Source: Macrostomum lignano
Lineage: Eukaryota
NCBI GenBank assembly: GCA_002269645.1
Contig: NIVC01003865.1
Coordinates: 9,100-73,099 of the forward strand
Reading direction: 5' to 3'
Length of the DNA: 64,000 bases
The position numbers and the translations under genes are program-made. Below are positions 1 through 11,604 of this stretch, piece after piece. Below the pieces are notes generated by a model. The model saw only the letters and a program-made list of their open reading frames with translations. It ran no database searches and had not been told where the DNA came from. How positions within the stretch are numbered: the stretch's first letter is position 1; each line of letters starts with the position of its first letter.

Positions 1-669
1 TGTAGCTGGCGCCCATCTGTAGCTGGCGCCCATCTGTAGCTGGCGCCCCATCTGTAGCTGGCGTCCTCCCTGTAGCTGGCGTCCATCTGTAGCTGGCGCC
101 CATCTGTAGCTGGCGCCCCATCTGTAGCTGGCGTCCTCCCTGTAGCTGGCGTCCATCTGTAGCTGGCGCCCATCTGTAGCTGGCGCCCATCTGTAGCTGG
201 CGCCCATCTGTAGCTGGCGCCCCATCTGTAGCTGGCGTCCTCCCTGTAGCTGGCGTCCATCTGTAGCTGGCGCCCATCTGTAGCTGGCGCCCATCTGTAG
301 CTGGCGCCCCATCTGTAGCTGGCGCCCCATCTGTAGCTGGCGCCCATCTGTAGCTGGCGCCCCATCTGTAGCTGGCGCCCATCTGTAGCTGGCGCCCCAT
401 CTGTAGCTGGCGCCCATCTGTAGCTGGCGCCCATCTGTAGCTGGCGCCCCATCTGTAGCTGGCGTCCTCCCTGTAGCTGGCGTCCATCTGTAGCTGGCGC
501 CCATCTGTAGCTGGCGCCCATCTGTAGCTGGCGCCCCATCTGTAGCTGGCGCCCCATCTGTAACTGGCGCCCATCTGTAGCTGGCGTCCATCTGTAGCTG
601 GCGCCCATCTGTAGCTGGCGCCCATCTGTAGCTGGCGCCCCATCTGTAGCTGGCGTCCTCTCTGTAGCT
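1..669. repeat. 17-18 bp minisatellite (CTGTAGCTGGCGCCC[C]AT)n, runs off the window start; probably inside an RPIA intron
   Basis: Direct reading; same core as the array at 8212-9217. Confidence 0.97.
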
Positions 670-1129
670 ATTTAAATGTATAGCTTCATTTTTTACATTT
701 TTTACAAATTGTATTAGCTACATATTTAAATGTCGGTGTATCTTGAATTCAGGGTCCTAGCATCAACATGTATATTACAGGGTGTCAACGCTTTTTGTGC
801 CTCTCAAAATGAGTAGAAAATAAGAAAAGTAGGAAGAATTTCGAGATTGTGCAAGGACGGGACACAGAAGTGCAAATAGCATCTTTTCAAGTTATAACTA
901 AAGCCAAGTATTATTAAAATAATTAAAGTAATGTTGATTAAATATTCAGATAATGTAATGCACATTTTCTTTCAATAGGTTCGATTGCGCCACTAGATAA
1001 TTTGGAGAACATACAGAAATACGATTATACGAAAAGATGTACAACAAAATGAAACATTTCCAAACCACTGAAAATAGTAGATGGAAACAATCGTGAAAAG
1101 TTTATATTTATTACACTTGCAGATGTCAC

Positions 1130-1700
1130 TTATATATGTTGGTTTCCAGGCTGGCTAGCCGCCACGCTCGTTTTCTGTAAGCTGCCTCGCCTACTGCATT
1201 TGCGGTGGCCAAGGCAGCCGCTGCAGCAGTAGTCGCGGTTGTTGGGGGTGCGTCGCATGCAGGTAGGTCCTAGGCCTTGCTCAAGTAGAGGGGCGGGCGC
1301 GGGGGTGGCGTTTGCGGCTGTCACTGGTTCTGTCTCGCTGGGTGGGTGACGATTGGTGCAGGCGGTGCGACGGGATCTGCAGCCGCTGCACCAGGTGTCC
1401 CTGTCCGATTCGTTCCAGGTCAGACAGCGCGCCAGCAGTCGGGGCCGCGCGGTGTGACGGGCTGCTCGGTGAACGGCGGCTGGATAGGATGCCGGTTGGC
1501 CGGGTCAGCGCCCTGCGGATTGGAATCGTATGGCACTCCGTCACAACGGGGCGGCGATGACAAGCCCGGCAGTGGGTGGAAGTCCACGGATGTTCTGAGT
1601 TTGGTCTCTTGAAGAAAGACGAACGCAGGGCGCGCGGTGTCTAGCCGGGAGATTAGTTACGTAATGCGGCTGCGAAGGCCGTTGCTGTTAAGTTGTGGAA
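1130..1700 (-). mobile_element. Decayed non-LTR retrotransposon fragment (APE endonuclease N-terminus plus a Cys-rich stretch)
   Basis: Minus strand ~1695-1530 reads QLNSNGLRSRIT*LISRLDTARPAFVFLQETKL, matching the APE start (xNxNGL...LQETKL) with an in-frame stop. Downstream Cys-rich RCLTWNESDRDTWCSGC is of uncertain identity. Confidence 0.55.
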
Positions 1701-1701
1701 A

Positions 1702-1835
1702 CAGGAACTCTTGGTTTGCGGCATTTGTGTCCTGGGGTGTCGTTGGCTTCACCACCCCTGCCAAGGCGCAGGAACTCTTGGTTTGCGGCATTTGTGTCCT
1801 GGGGTGTCGTTGGCTTCACCACCCCTGCCGAGGTG
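1702..1835. repeat. 67-bp tandem duplication (61 bp identical)
   Basis: CAGGAACTCTTGG...CACCCCTGCC at 1702 and 1769. Confidence 0.9.
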
Positions 1836-2349
1836 CAGAACACGATGAAGGTTCTCTGGCCTGGGGGGGGGGGGCGGCGTATATCCGGCGCTTCCTTGGC
1901 TAAAGCTGCAATTCAATATTTAATATTGTGATAAAATGCATTATCATATTGGAGCAGGCATCTAACATAGCAAACGGTAGATATGCTACAAAAGTGAAGC
2001 TCTTTTGCACTATAATATGTAGGAAAATACAAATTATTGTAAGACACTTCTGCATGACACAAATTACATTATCCTTACCCATAGATTCAGTTATTCATAT
2101 ATTTTAATAGTTGAGCTTCTAGATCACTTGATTCAAACAAGTACATAATTTGGTCAAAAACTCTAAGCAAGTAGAATGTGAGGCTAGAATAAAGGTACTA
2201 AAATGTATTTATGTCTCTCATGCAGCCCAGAGCAATGCCTTCGCAGAAGGGCAATGCCAGGCCTCTGAAAAAGGAGATGCAACTCAAAAGACGAATTTGA
2301 TTATTCTGAACCGTCATCTGCCTTGCACCTCTTACACTTTCACCAACAG

Positions 2350-2642
2350 GGTCCGGTAGTGACAGACAATGGCAATTTCCTAATAGACTGGCAGTTCGAT
2401 GCTCAACAGAAATGGGAACAGGTTGATCGGGAACTGCACATGATGCCTGGTGAGCTACTACGAGTATCGAGCCTAAGTAGTAGTAACAGTTTTTCCATAC
2501 CGTTTTTCCTAATTATCTAAATTTGCCAGGTCTAGTCGAGACCGGCCTGTTTATTGGCAAAGCGAGCGCCGTTTATGTTGGCAAGTTTGATGGCGGAGTT
2601 GAGAAACTGCTGCCTCCCGATGGAGACGCTGCTGGAAAATAG
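2350..2642 (+). CDS. RPIA: Ribose-5-phosphate isomerase A, last two exons (2350-2449, 2530-2642); upstream exons not found in the window
   Basis: caacag|GPVVTDNGNFLIDWQFDAQQKWEQVDRELHMMPG|gtgag ... gccag|LVETGLFIGKASAVYVGKFDGGVEKLLPPDGDAAGK*. GPVVTDNGNF and PG(V/L)VETGLF are RpiA signatures; intron phase is consistent. Confidence 0.93.
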
Positions 2643-2877
2643 CCGCTTTTAGGTCTCCTACTACTACTGTTAGTAGGAGAATGAGGTTTTTAAGCTACGT
2701 AATGTATTTTACAAAAAACAATCCAGGAAATTGACTTTTTTGGCTGAATTGAAGTCATTTTTGTAAGCTTCTTAGATCATTAGACCTGTTTGTTCGTCGA
2801 AATGATTGCTGTTATTCTGCGCTAAATTTTTATTCAACTTCGACGGACTGCATAAGGCACTTGCTAGCCTTCCTAGA

Positions 2878-5222
2878 AAAATCGCCCTTTAAATCCCCAG
2901 TGAAGAATCGCCCTCTTAATCCCCAGTGAGGACTCGCTCTCCCAATCCCCAGTGAAGAATCGCCCTCAATCTCCAGTGAAGAATCGCCCTCAATCCCCAG
3001 TGAAGAATCGCCCTCTCAATCCCCAGTGAAGAATCGCCCTCAATCCCCAGTGAAGAATCGCCCTCAATCCCCAGTGAAGAATCGCCCTCAATCCCCAGTG
3101 AAGAATCGCTCTCCCAATCCCCAGTGAAGAATCGCCCTCAATCCCCAGTGAAGAATCGCCCTCAATCCCCAGTGAAGAATCGCCCTCAACCCCAGTGAAG
3201 AATCGCCCTCAATCCCCAGTGAAGAATAGCCCTCAATCCCCAGTGAAGAATCGCCCTCAAATCCCCAGTGAACAATCGCCCCCAAATCCCCAGTGAAGAA
3301 TCGTCCTCAATCCCCAGTGAAGAATCGCCCCCAAATCCCCAGTGAAGAATCGCCCCCAAATCCCCAGTGAAGAATCGCCCTCAATCCCCAGTGAAGAATC
3401 GCTCTCCCAATCCCCAGTGAAGAATCGCCCTCTCAATCCCCTGTGAAGAATCGCCCTCAATCCCCAGTGAAGAATCGCCCTCTCAATCCCCAGTGAAGAA
3501 TCGCCCACTCAATCCCCAGTAAAGAATCGCCCACTCAATCCCCAGTGAAGAATCGCCCACTCAATCCCCAGTAAAGAATCGCCCTCTCAATCCCCAGTGA
3601 AGAATCGCCCACTCAATCCCCAGTGAAGAATCGCCCTCTCAATCCCCAGTGAAGAATCGCCCCTCAATCCCCAGTGAGAATCGCTCTCAATCCCCAGTGA
3701 AGAATCGCCCTCTCAATCCCCAGTGAAGAATCGCCCTCAATCCCCAGTGAGGAATCGCCCCTCAATCCCCAGTGAGGAATCGCTCTCAATCCCCAGTGAA
3801 GAATCGCCCTCTCAATCCCCAGTGAAGAATCGCCCTCTCAATCCCCAGTGAAGAATCGCCCTCTCAATCCCCAGTGAAGAATCGCCCTCTCAATCCCCAG
3901 TGAAGAATCGCCCTCTCAATCCCCAGTGAAGAATCGCCCTCTCAATCCCCAGTGAAGAATCGCTCTCAATCCCCAGTGAAGAATCGCCCTCAATCCCCAG
4001 TAAAGAATCGCCCTCTCAATCCCCAGTGAAGAATCGCTCTCAATCCCCAGTGAAGAATCGCCCTCAATCCCCAGTGAAGAATCGCTCTCCCAATCCCCAG
4101 TGAAGAATCGCCCTCAATCCCCAGTGAAGAATCGCCCTCAATCCCCAGTGAAGAATCGCCCTCAATCCCCAGTGAAGAATCGTCCTCAATCCCCAGTGAA
4201 GAATCGCCCCCAAATCCCCAGTGAAGAATCGCCCCAAATCCCCAGTGAAGAATCGCCCTCTCAATCCCCAGTGAAGAATCGCCCCTCAATCCCCAGTGAG
4301 GAATCGCCCTCTCAATCCCCAGTGAAGAATCGCCCTCTCAATCTCCAGTGAAGAATCGCCCCCTCAATCCCCAGTGAGGAATCGCTCTCAATCCCCAGTG
4401 AAGAATCGCCCTCTCAATCCCCAGTGAAGAATCGCCCTCAATCCCCAGTGAGGAATCGCCCCCTCAATCCCCAGTGAGGAATCGCTCTCAATCCCCAGTG
4501 AAGAATCGCCCTCTCAATCCCCAGTGAAGAATCGCCCTCTCAATCCCCAGTGAAGAATCGCCCCCTCAATCCCCAGTGAGGAATCGCCCTCTCAATCCCC
4601 AGTGAAGAATCGCCCCCTCAATCCCCAGTGAGGAATCGCTCTCAATCCCCAGTGAAGAATCGCTCTCAATCCCCAGTGAAGAATCGCCCTCAATCCCCAG
4701 TGAGGAATCGCTCTCAATCCCCAGTGAAGAATCGCCCTCAATCCCCAGTAAAGAATCGCCCTCTCAATCCCCAGTGAAGAATCGCTCTCAATCCCCAGTG
4801 AAGAATCGCCCTCAAATCCCCAGTGAAGAATCGCCCTCAATCCCCAGTGAAGAATCGCCCTCAATCCCCAGTGAAGAATCGCCCTCAATCCCCAGTGAAG
4901 AATCGTCCTCAATCCCCAGTGAAGAATCGCCCCCAAATCCCCAGTGAAGAATCGCCCCAAATCCCCAGTAAAGAATCGCTCTCAATCCCCAGTAAAGAAT
5001 CGCCCTCTCAATCCCCAGTGAAGAATCGCCCCCAAATCCCCAGTGAAGAATCGCCCTCAATCCCCAGTGAAGAATCGCTCTCCCAATCCCCAGTGAACAA
5101 TCGCCCCCAAATCCCCAGTGAAGAATCGCCCTCAATCCCCAGTGAAGAATCGCTCTCCCAATCCCCAGTGAACAATCGCCCCCAAATCCCCAGTGAAGAA
5201 TCGCCCTCAATCCCCAGTGAAG
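2878..5222. repeat. 23-25 bp minisatellite (AATCCCCAGTGAAGAATCGCCCTC[TC])n, ~2.3 kb
   Basis: Direct reading; source of the repetitive ORFs at 3088-5260. Confidence 0.97.
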
Positions 5223-5698
5223 AAGCAAGTTATGCGGTTCTGTCAAGACTCAATAGGTAATCAATATCTATGATGTGAACGTTGGCTTGTCATGATTGAT
5301 TTAAAGCACCTGTTGTATCAATTTCAATTGTGTCGTTCTGTGCTCAACAATTAATCGTATAGTTGGTATTTTATTTCTGTATCCCCATGCGGACATTTCA
5401 ACTTTTGGACAGGCCGCCATTTATTTTGATCAGTTTGTTTCAAGCGAGCCGCCCGTTTATAAATGTTTAAACTTCTCGTTGCGTTCCATTTTATCGTGTG
5501 CATTCTGCGAAATTCTTGTTGTGTCAAGTCCGTCAGTCTTGTTGAGCTGTCCTAAATAATGCAATTTTCATAAATTTATTGGTGCATTATTTGATCTTAT
5601 TTTTGTTATACTTTTTCCCCACGCTTTCGATTTTGTGTGTAAATATCCATTAATATATAGTTTGTTCGGTCCTTGGAAATTTCTTTGTTGGTATAGGG

Positions 5699-5852
5699 CA
5701 GGGGTAGGCAAACTTATTCGCCTTTGCAGGTCTGATGAGAGGAAAATAGAATAGTTAAGAGAGAATCTAAGAGACGCAAACATAAGCGCTTCGAGTATTG
5801 TGATGTTTCAAAGGAACTAAGGCCTCTGCAGACCAGAGTTTGCCGACCCCTG
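5699..5852. mobile_element. hAT-type MITE, short copy
   Basis: Ends CAGGGGTAGGCAAACT ... AGTTTGCCGACCCCTG; flanking 8-mers do not match, so no TSD is visible. Confidence 0.7.
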
Positions 5853-6234
5853 ATATTTAGGGAAAGAGCTTAAAAGCTGTAGCATTTCTAAAAAGCTAAC
5901 AATATGAAGTTAGGGTCTATCTAATTACGACTATGTAATTAGTAGTGAGGTCCCAGGTATGCTGTTTTTTGTGCCTCGCGGCAGTATTCTCTCTTGTAGT
6001 GTCCGCGCCAATCTTTTAATTATTCTCTCTGCTTCTTTTAAAACGCTTTCTCTTTCATCTTTTCCTGTGACCGTTTGTGCTTGCTTTTGTCTGATTGACA
6101 ATCCGCTTCTTGTGATGCACTTTTCAATAAACTGATCGATCCAGGCCATTTTGATGGACAACTGGTTTAAGACAATGTTTTGTGACCTTCGCCTTCTATA
6201 AGCTGCTTTTATTGCTGCTTCCCTCCCAGCCGCC

Positions 6235-7075
6235 CTCTCAGCCCCTCAGTTGCTGGGCCACCACAGCCCTCCCAGATCCTCAGCTGCTGGGCCAGCCTCC
6301 CAGATCCTCAGCTGCTGGGCCAGCCTCCCAGACCCTCAGCTGCTGGGCCAGCCTCCCAGATCCTCAGCTGCTGGGCCAGCCTCCCAGAACCTCAGCTGCT
6401 GTGCCAGCCTCCCAGTTCCTTAGCTGCTGGGCCAGCCTCCCAGACCCTCAGCTGCTGTGCCAGCCTCCCAGTTCCTCAGCTGCTGTGCCAGCCTCCCAGT
6501 TCCTCAGCTGCTGGGCCAGCCTCCCAGATTCTCGGTCTCTGGGCCAGCCTCCCAGATTCTCAGCTGCTGGGCCAGCCTCCCAGACCCTCAGCTGCTGTGC
6601 CAGCCTCCCAGTTCCTCAGCTGCTGGGCCAGCCTCCCAGATTCTCGGTCTCTGGGCCAGCCTCCCAGATTCTCAGCTGCTGGGCCAGCCTCCCAGACCCT
6701 CAGCTGCTGTGCCAGCCTCCCAGTTCCTCAGCTGCTGTGCCAGCCTCCCAGTTCCTCAGCTGCTGGGCCAGCCTCCCAGATTCTCGGTCTCTGGGCCAGC
6801 CTCCCAGATTCTCAGCTGCTGGGCCAGCCTCCCAGACCCTCAGCTGCTGTGCCAGCCTCCCAGTTCCTCAGCTGCTGTGCCAGCCTCCCAGTTCCTCAGC
6901 TGCTGGGCCAGCCTCCCAGATTCTCGGTCTCTGGGCCAGCCTCCCAGATTCTCGGTCTCTGGGCCAGCCTCCCAGATTCTCAGCTGCTGGGCCAGCCTCC
7001 CAGACCCTCAGCTGCTGGGCCAGCCTCCCAGTTCCTCAGCTGCTGGGCCAGCCTCCCAGATCCTCAGTTGCTCGG
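6235..7075. repeat. 28-bp minisatellite (CAGCTGCTGGGCCAGCCTCCCAGATCCT)n
   Basis: Direct reading; explains the ORFs at 6182-7199. Confidence 0.96.
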
Positions 7076-7671
7076 CCAGCGCCGGCTTCCCAAATCGTCA
7101 GATGATAGTATAAATGATGAAGTCATTATAACCGAAAAATATGAATTAAAATGTTGGGAAACAATTCTGTTTCTCAATAGCAAGCTGTTTCTGACCTGAA
7201 ACTGACAGCTGTGCGCAGCTTTGAAGTTGTATTTAAGATACCTGTACGAGTATGATGGATTTTGTGCAACTGCAGAGGCAAACGGGAAAAATTGTGCGAA
7301 ATTATTGTGTTTTGCAACAAAAATATTTCATGATATCGTTTGTTAACCGGTGAGGGAGAAAAATATAAAAATAGCATTTAACTTCAAAACGGCGCCCGTC
7401 ACAAGTAGAGTCGGTTGGCATTTCATAATAAACATTTTGTAACACTCTGCAATAATCACAGACTTTGTGACCGGTTGAAAAAAATAGTTTTTCTTTCACT
7501 CTTATTTACTATGTTTTACTTATTTTAAAGATGAATTAACCGCACCGCTAACACCATTAAATATTTTTGAAGCAGACGAAGCGACTAGATGAAGACTAGA
7601 TTTGGACTTGAAAGTGGGATCAAAATTTCTAATCTATAGGAATATTAATATCTATGCATATCGATATACTG

Positions 7672-7843
7672 CAGGGGTCGGCAAACTCTGGCTTGCGAAT
7701 CCCGCTTAAGGCTTGTCTCTTAGCTGTCTTCCTCATCTCATCTCTCATCTATTCCCTCTCCATTCCTCTCTCATCTGGCCCGCAGCCATGAGCTGGATTC
7801 TCTATCTGGTCCTTGATGAGGTAAAACAGTTTGCCGACCCCTG
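7672..7843. mobile_element. hAT-type MITE with 8-bp TSD
   Basis: TIRs CAGGGGTCGGCAAACT / AGTTTGCCGACCCCTG; TSD ATATACTG at 7664-7671 and 7844-7851. Confidence 0.9.
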
Positions 7844-8048
7844 ATATACTGTAAGCTAAGATATGTAGCTAATCTATAGCTCGTTTTAGTAGACAGCAGA
7901 TTGAAACATGTATCGAAGTAAGAAGATAGACAGAGGGACAGGATAAGCAGTTGATATGAGAATAGCTTTGTGCTTTACAGACAGCCAACCTTTATGTGCA
8001 ATAAAGGCGCATGCAGTAGCTAAGCATGGGAGAGGTCAGTTGGCTAGT

Positions 8049-10933
8049 TCAGTTGGCCGCTTGTGACTGCTGCTGCTGCTGCTGGTCCAGCTCCTCCTTG
8101 AAGAGCGGGTTGCGCACCTCCATCTCCCCTGTCTGCAATGTTTAATTGCGTCGGTGTTTTAAAAATAAGAGACAGTTTGAATGGAAACTTTGAGGAGGAC
8201 CTCTGTAACTGCCCCACCCTGTAGCTGGCGTCCCCTCTGTAGCTTCCCCACTCTGTAGCTGGTGTCCCCTCTGTAGCTTCCCCACTCTGTAGCTGGCGTC
8301 CCCTCTGTAGCTTCCCCACCCTGTAGCTGGTGTCCCCTCTGTAGCTGGCGTCCCCTCTGTAGCTTCCCCACCCTGTAGCTGGCGTCCCCTCTGTAGCTTC
8401 CCCACCCTGTAGCTGGTGTCCCCTCTGTAGCTGGCGTACCCTCTGTAGCTTCCCCACTCTGTAGCTGGTGTCCCCTCTGTAGCTGGCGTCCCCTCTGTAG
8501 CTTCCCCACCCTGTAGCTGGTGTCCCCTCTGTAGCTGGCGTCCCCTCTGTAGCTTCCCCACTCTGTAGCTGGTGTCCCCTCTGTAGCTTCCCCACTCTGT
8601 AGCTGGCGTCCCCTCTGTAGCTTCCCCACCCTGTAGCTGGTGTCCCCTCTGTAGCTGGCGTCCCCTCTGTAGCTTCCCCACCCTGTAGCTGGCGTCCCCC
8701 TCTGTAGCTTCCCCACTCTGTAGCTGGTGTCCCCTCTGTAGCTTCCCCACTCTGTAGCTGGCGTCCCCTCTGTAGCTTCCCCACCCTGTAGCTGGTGTCC
8801 CCTCTGTAGCTGGCGTCCCCTCTGTAGCTTCCCCACCCTGTAGCTGGCGTCCCCCTCTGTAGCTTCCCCACTCTGTAGCTGGTGTCCCCTCTGTAGCTGG
8901 CGTCCCCTATGTAGCTGGCGTCCCCTTTGTAGCTGCCCCTTCTGTACCTGGCCCTCTGTAGCTGCCCCACTCTGTAGCTGGCGTCCCCTCTGTAGCTGCC
9001 CCACTCTGTAGCTGGCGTCCCCTTTGTAGCTGCCCCTTCTGTACCTGGCCCTCTGTAGCTGCCCCACTCTGTAGCTGGCGTCCCCTCTGTAGCTGCCCCA
9101 CTCTGTAGCTGGCGTCCCCTTTGTAGCTGCCCCCTCTGTATCTGGCTCCCCTCTGTATCTGCCTCCCCTCTGTATCTGGCTCCCCTCTGTATCTGCCTCC
9201 CCTCTGTATCTGGCGCCCCTAACAGATATTCAGGACAGGCGGACAAACTTGTCGACCAGAATTGAGGCGCCGATTTTGAATGTTAAAATATTTACAATCT
9301 TTAATATGATTTTAAAATCTGAATCTCAGAAACGCAGAAGCAAAAATGATCACAGAGAAGACATTACACAACAGCCTAATGCTATGGTTTGTTGTCAAGC
9401 GCTATAATATCGGTAATTAAAAAACAATGATTGAGCAGCTTACCGGGGCCAGGCCGGGACACTCGTACACTGTGAAATCGGCGTCCTCATTTTCCAGGTC
9501 CGAGTCAACGTCTGACCCACCCTGCTTGCTCTGGTCGTTGGATCTGCGAATGAATAAGAGTAGCTAATGCAATTGTGCATTGACGGTGTTCGGGGGAGCT
9601 TTGTAGGGGCCGGTTTCCTAGGGATTGGAGGAGATTCGAAGGGAATAGAGGGGATGTACAGGGAATAGAAGAGATTACAAGGGATTAGATGAAATTTACA
9701 GGGATTAACGGAGATTCGAGGGGATTAAAGAAAATTCGAAGGGAATAAAGGGGATTTACAGGGATTAGAGGTTTTCACAGGGATTGGAGGAAACTCACAG
9801 GGATTAGAAAAGACTCACAAGGATTAGAGGACATTCACAGGGATTGGAGGAGACTCGGGGATTAGAGGACATTCACAGGGATTGGAGGAGACTCAAGGAT
9901 TAGAGGACATTCACAGGGATTGGAGGAGACTCGGGGATTAGAGGACATTCACAGAGATTGGAGGAGACTCAAGGATTAGAGGACATTCACAGGGATTGGA
10001 GGAGACTCAGGAATTAGAGGACATTCACAGGGGTTGGAAGAGACTCAGGGGTTAAAGGACATTCACAGGGATTAGAAGATATTCAAAAGGATTAGAGGAG
10101 CTCACATGGAACAGGGGAGAATCAAAGGGATTAGAAGGGATTTACAGGGATTAGATGAGATATACAGGGATTAGACAAGATTCATAGAAATTTGAGGATA
10201 TTCACAGGGATTAGAGATTCATAAAAATTTTGAGAAGATTGACGGGGACATATGGGACTGCCAGGGGTTAGATACCATTCCTATAGATTAAGAGACGATT
10301 TAGGTACTAGAAAGTGGCAACTATAAAACAAAAAGAAAATGATCAGGTTATGAACAGTATTGAGGTACTTCGTGCACTGTAGTTTAAAGAACAAATCATT
10401 TAAAAACACTCGACCGGATTTTTCTTAAGTAATAAGCTATAAACTAAAGGGCACCGTTCTTTAAGTTCTTGAAGGAAAAGAAGAGCCAAGATGACTCACT
10501 TCTCCTGAGCCATCATCTGCTGCTTCTGATGCTGGTAGTGATACATCTGAGCGCTCAGCGCCAGCTTCCCGTCGCCCGGATGTCCGGAGGAGTTTTTGTG
10601 CTGCTGCGAGGTGAACTCGGAGTTCACAAACTCGTCGTCAGCCTGCTTAGTAACCGCGTTGTACCTGCGTGATGGGTAATTGCAGTTGTGTGTACTGCGA
10701 AGGTACTAATTGGCATTAAATAACAGCAAATACATACGTGATGTACAGACCGATAGATCGACAGACAGACGGACAGGCCGGCAGGCAGACAGGCAGACAG
10801 ACAGACAGACAGACAGACAGACGGACAGACAGACAGACAGGCAGACGGACAGATCGACAGACAGACAGACAGACAGACGGACAGACAGATAGGCAGACGG
10901 ACAGACAGACAGACAGGCAGACGGACAGACAGG

Positions 10934-10983
<50 letters not shown>

Positions 10984-11534
10984 GGTAACATATAGCTCTT
11001 GAACTCACTTGAACCAGCAGACAGCGCAGATAATAATCAATAGCAGGCCCAATCCAGTTGTGGTGCCAACGATGACTGCAGTTGAAATTGTGGACAAATT
11101 TCGATATTTATTTATAAATAATTGGATCAAAATGGCAATCAAATATCCAATTTTGCCTAAATATACTGCGTCACTAGAAAACAATTAGTGTCCAAAGAAG
11201 ACCACAGCAAGACTTACTATAGAAGACGAAGTCGCCGTTGCCGGGATGCCGACGAATCGGTACGTCGTCCGGCCCGAGGCCGTCGGTGCCGTTGCTGCCG
11301 GCCGGGTCGGCCCGGGCGCTCAGCTTCAGACTGGAGTCGGGGTCGCCTACTTTCGGGGTCGCGGGGGTGTGAAATGCTTGAGGTTTTCTGCAGAAAGTTT
11401 AAATTGTTAAAAATGTTTTTACTCACCTGGATTAGCTGAATCGGTGTTGGCGTTACTTCTGGCGGAGAGCTGGTCGACCAGGCTGTCCTCATTTAGTCTT
11501 AGCGAGGCGGCCGCAGACTCAGATGGCGAGGAGG
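8049..11534 (-). CDS. NPDC1: NPDC1/cab-1-like type I membrane protein, shared exons 11534-11427, ~11376(or 11387)-11218, 11075-11009, 10664-10500, 9543-9444, 8132-8049
   Basis: Spliced translation contains a TM segment (DFVFYIIVGTTTGLGLLLIIICAVCWFK), GDGKLALSAQMYHYQHQKQQMMAQEK and ENEDADFTVYECPGLAPTGEMEVRNPLF, which are NPDC1 C-terminal signatures. Phases are consistent except for an ambiguous acceptor at 11376/11387. Confidence 0.92.
8212..9217. repeat. 16-18 bp minisatellite (CTGTAGCTGGCGTCCCCT / CTGTAGCTTCCCCACT) filling the last NPDC1 intron
   Basis: Direct reading. Confidence 0.96.
9620..10260. repeat. Degenerate ~19-20 bp repeat (GGGATTAGAGGACATTCACA-like), NPDC1 intron
   Basis: Recurring GGGATT(A/G)GAGG motif. 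Confidence 0.8.
10742..10983. repeat. (GACA)n microsatellite, NPDC1 intron
   Basis: Direct reading. Confidence 0.97.
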
Positions 11535-11604
11535 CTGCGGGTGACAGGTGGATATAATAAAACTAATTATTGAACTGTTATAATATTCAGTATTATCGAC
11601 ATAT

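Noticed and set aside
5931-6161. 76-aa ORF with WIDQF...RSGLSIRQK, vaguely like a pogo/CENP-B HTH
   Set aside because: Similarity is too weak, and no TIRs or DDE region are nearby; it needs an HMM search.
3088-9246. Long repetitive ORFs (3088-5260, 6182-7199, 8044-9246)
   Set aside because: They are translations of minisatellites in several frames and both strands; 8044-9246 overlaps a real NPDC1 exon in the wrong frame.
9620-10260. GGGATTAG motifs as interstitial telomeric repeat
   Set aside because: The period is ~20 bp and it is not (TTAGGG)n.
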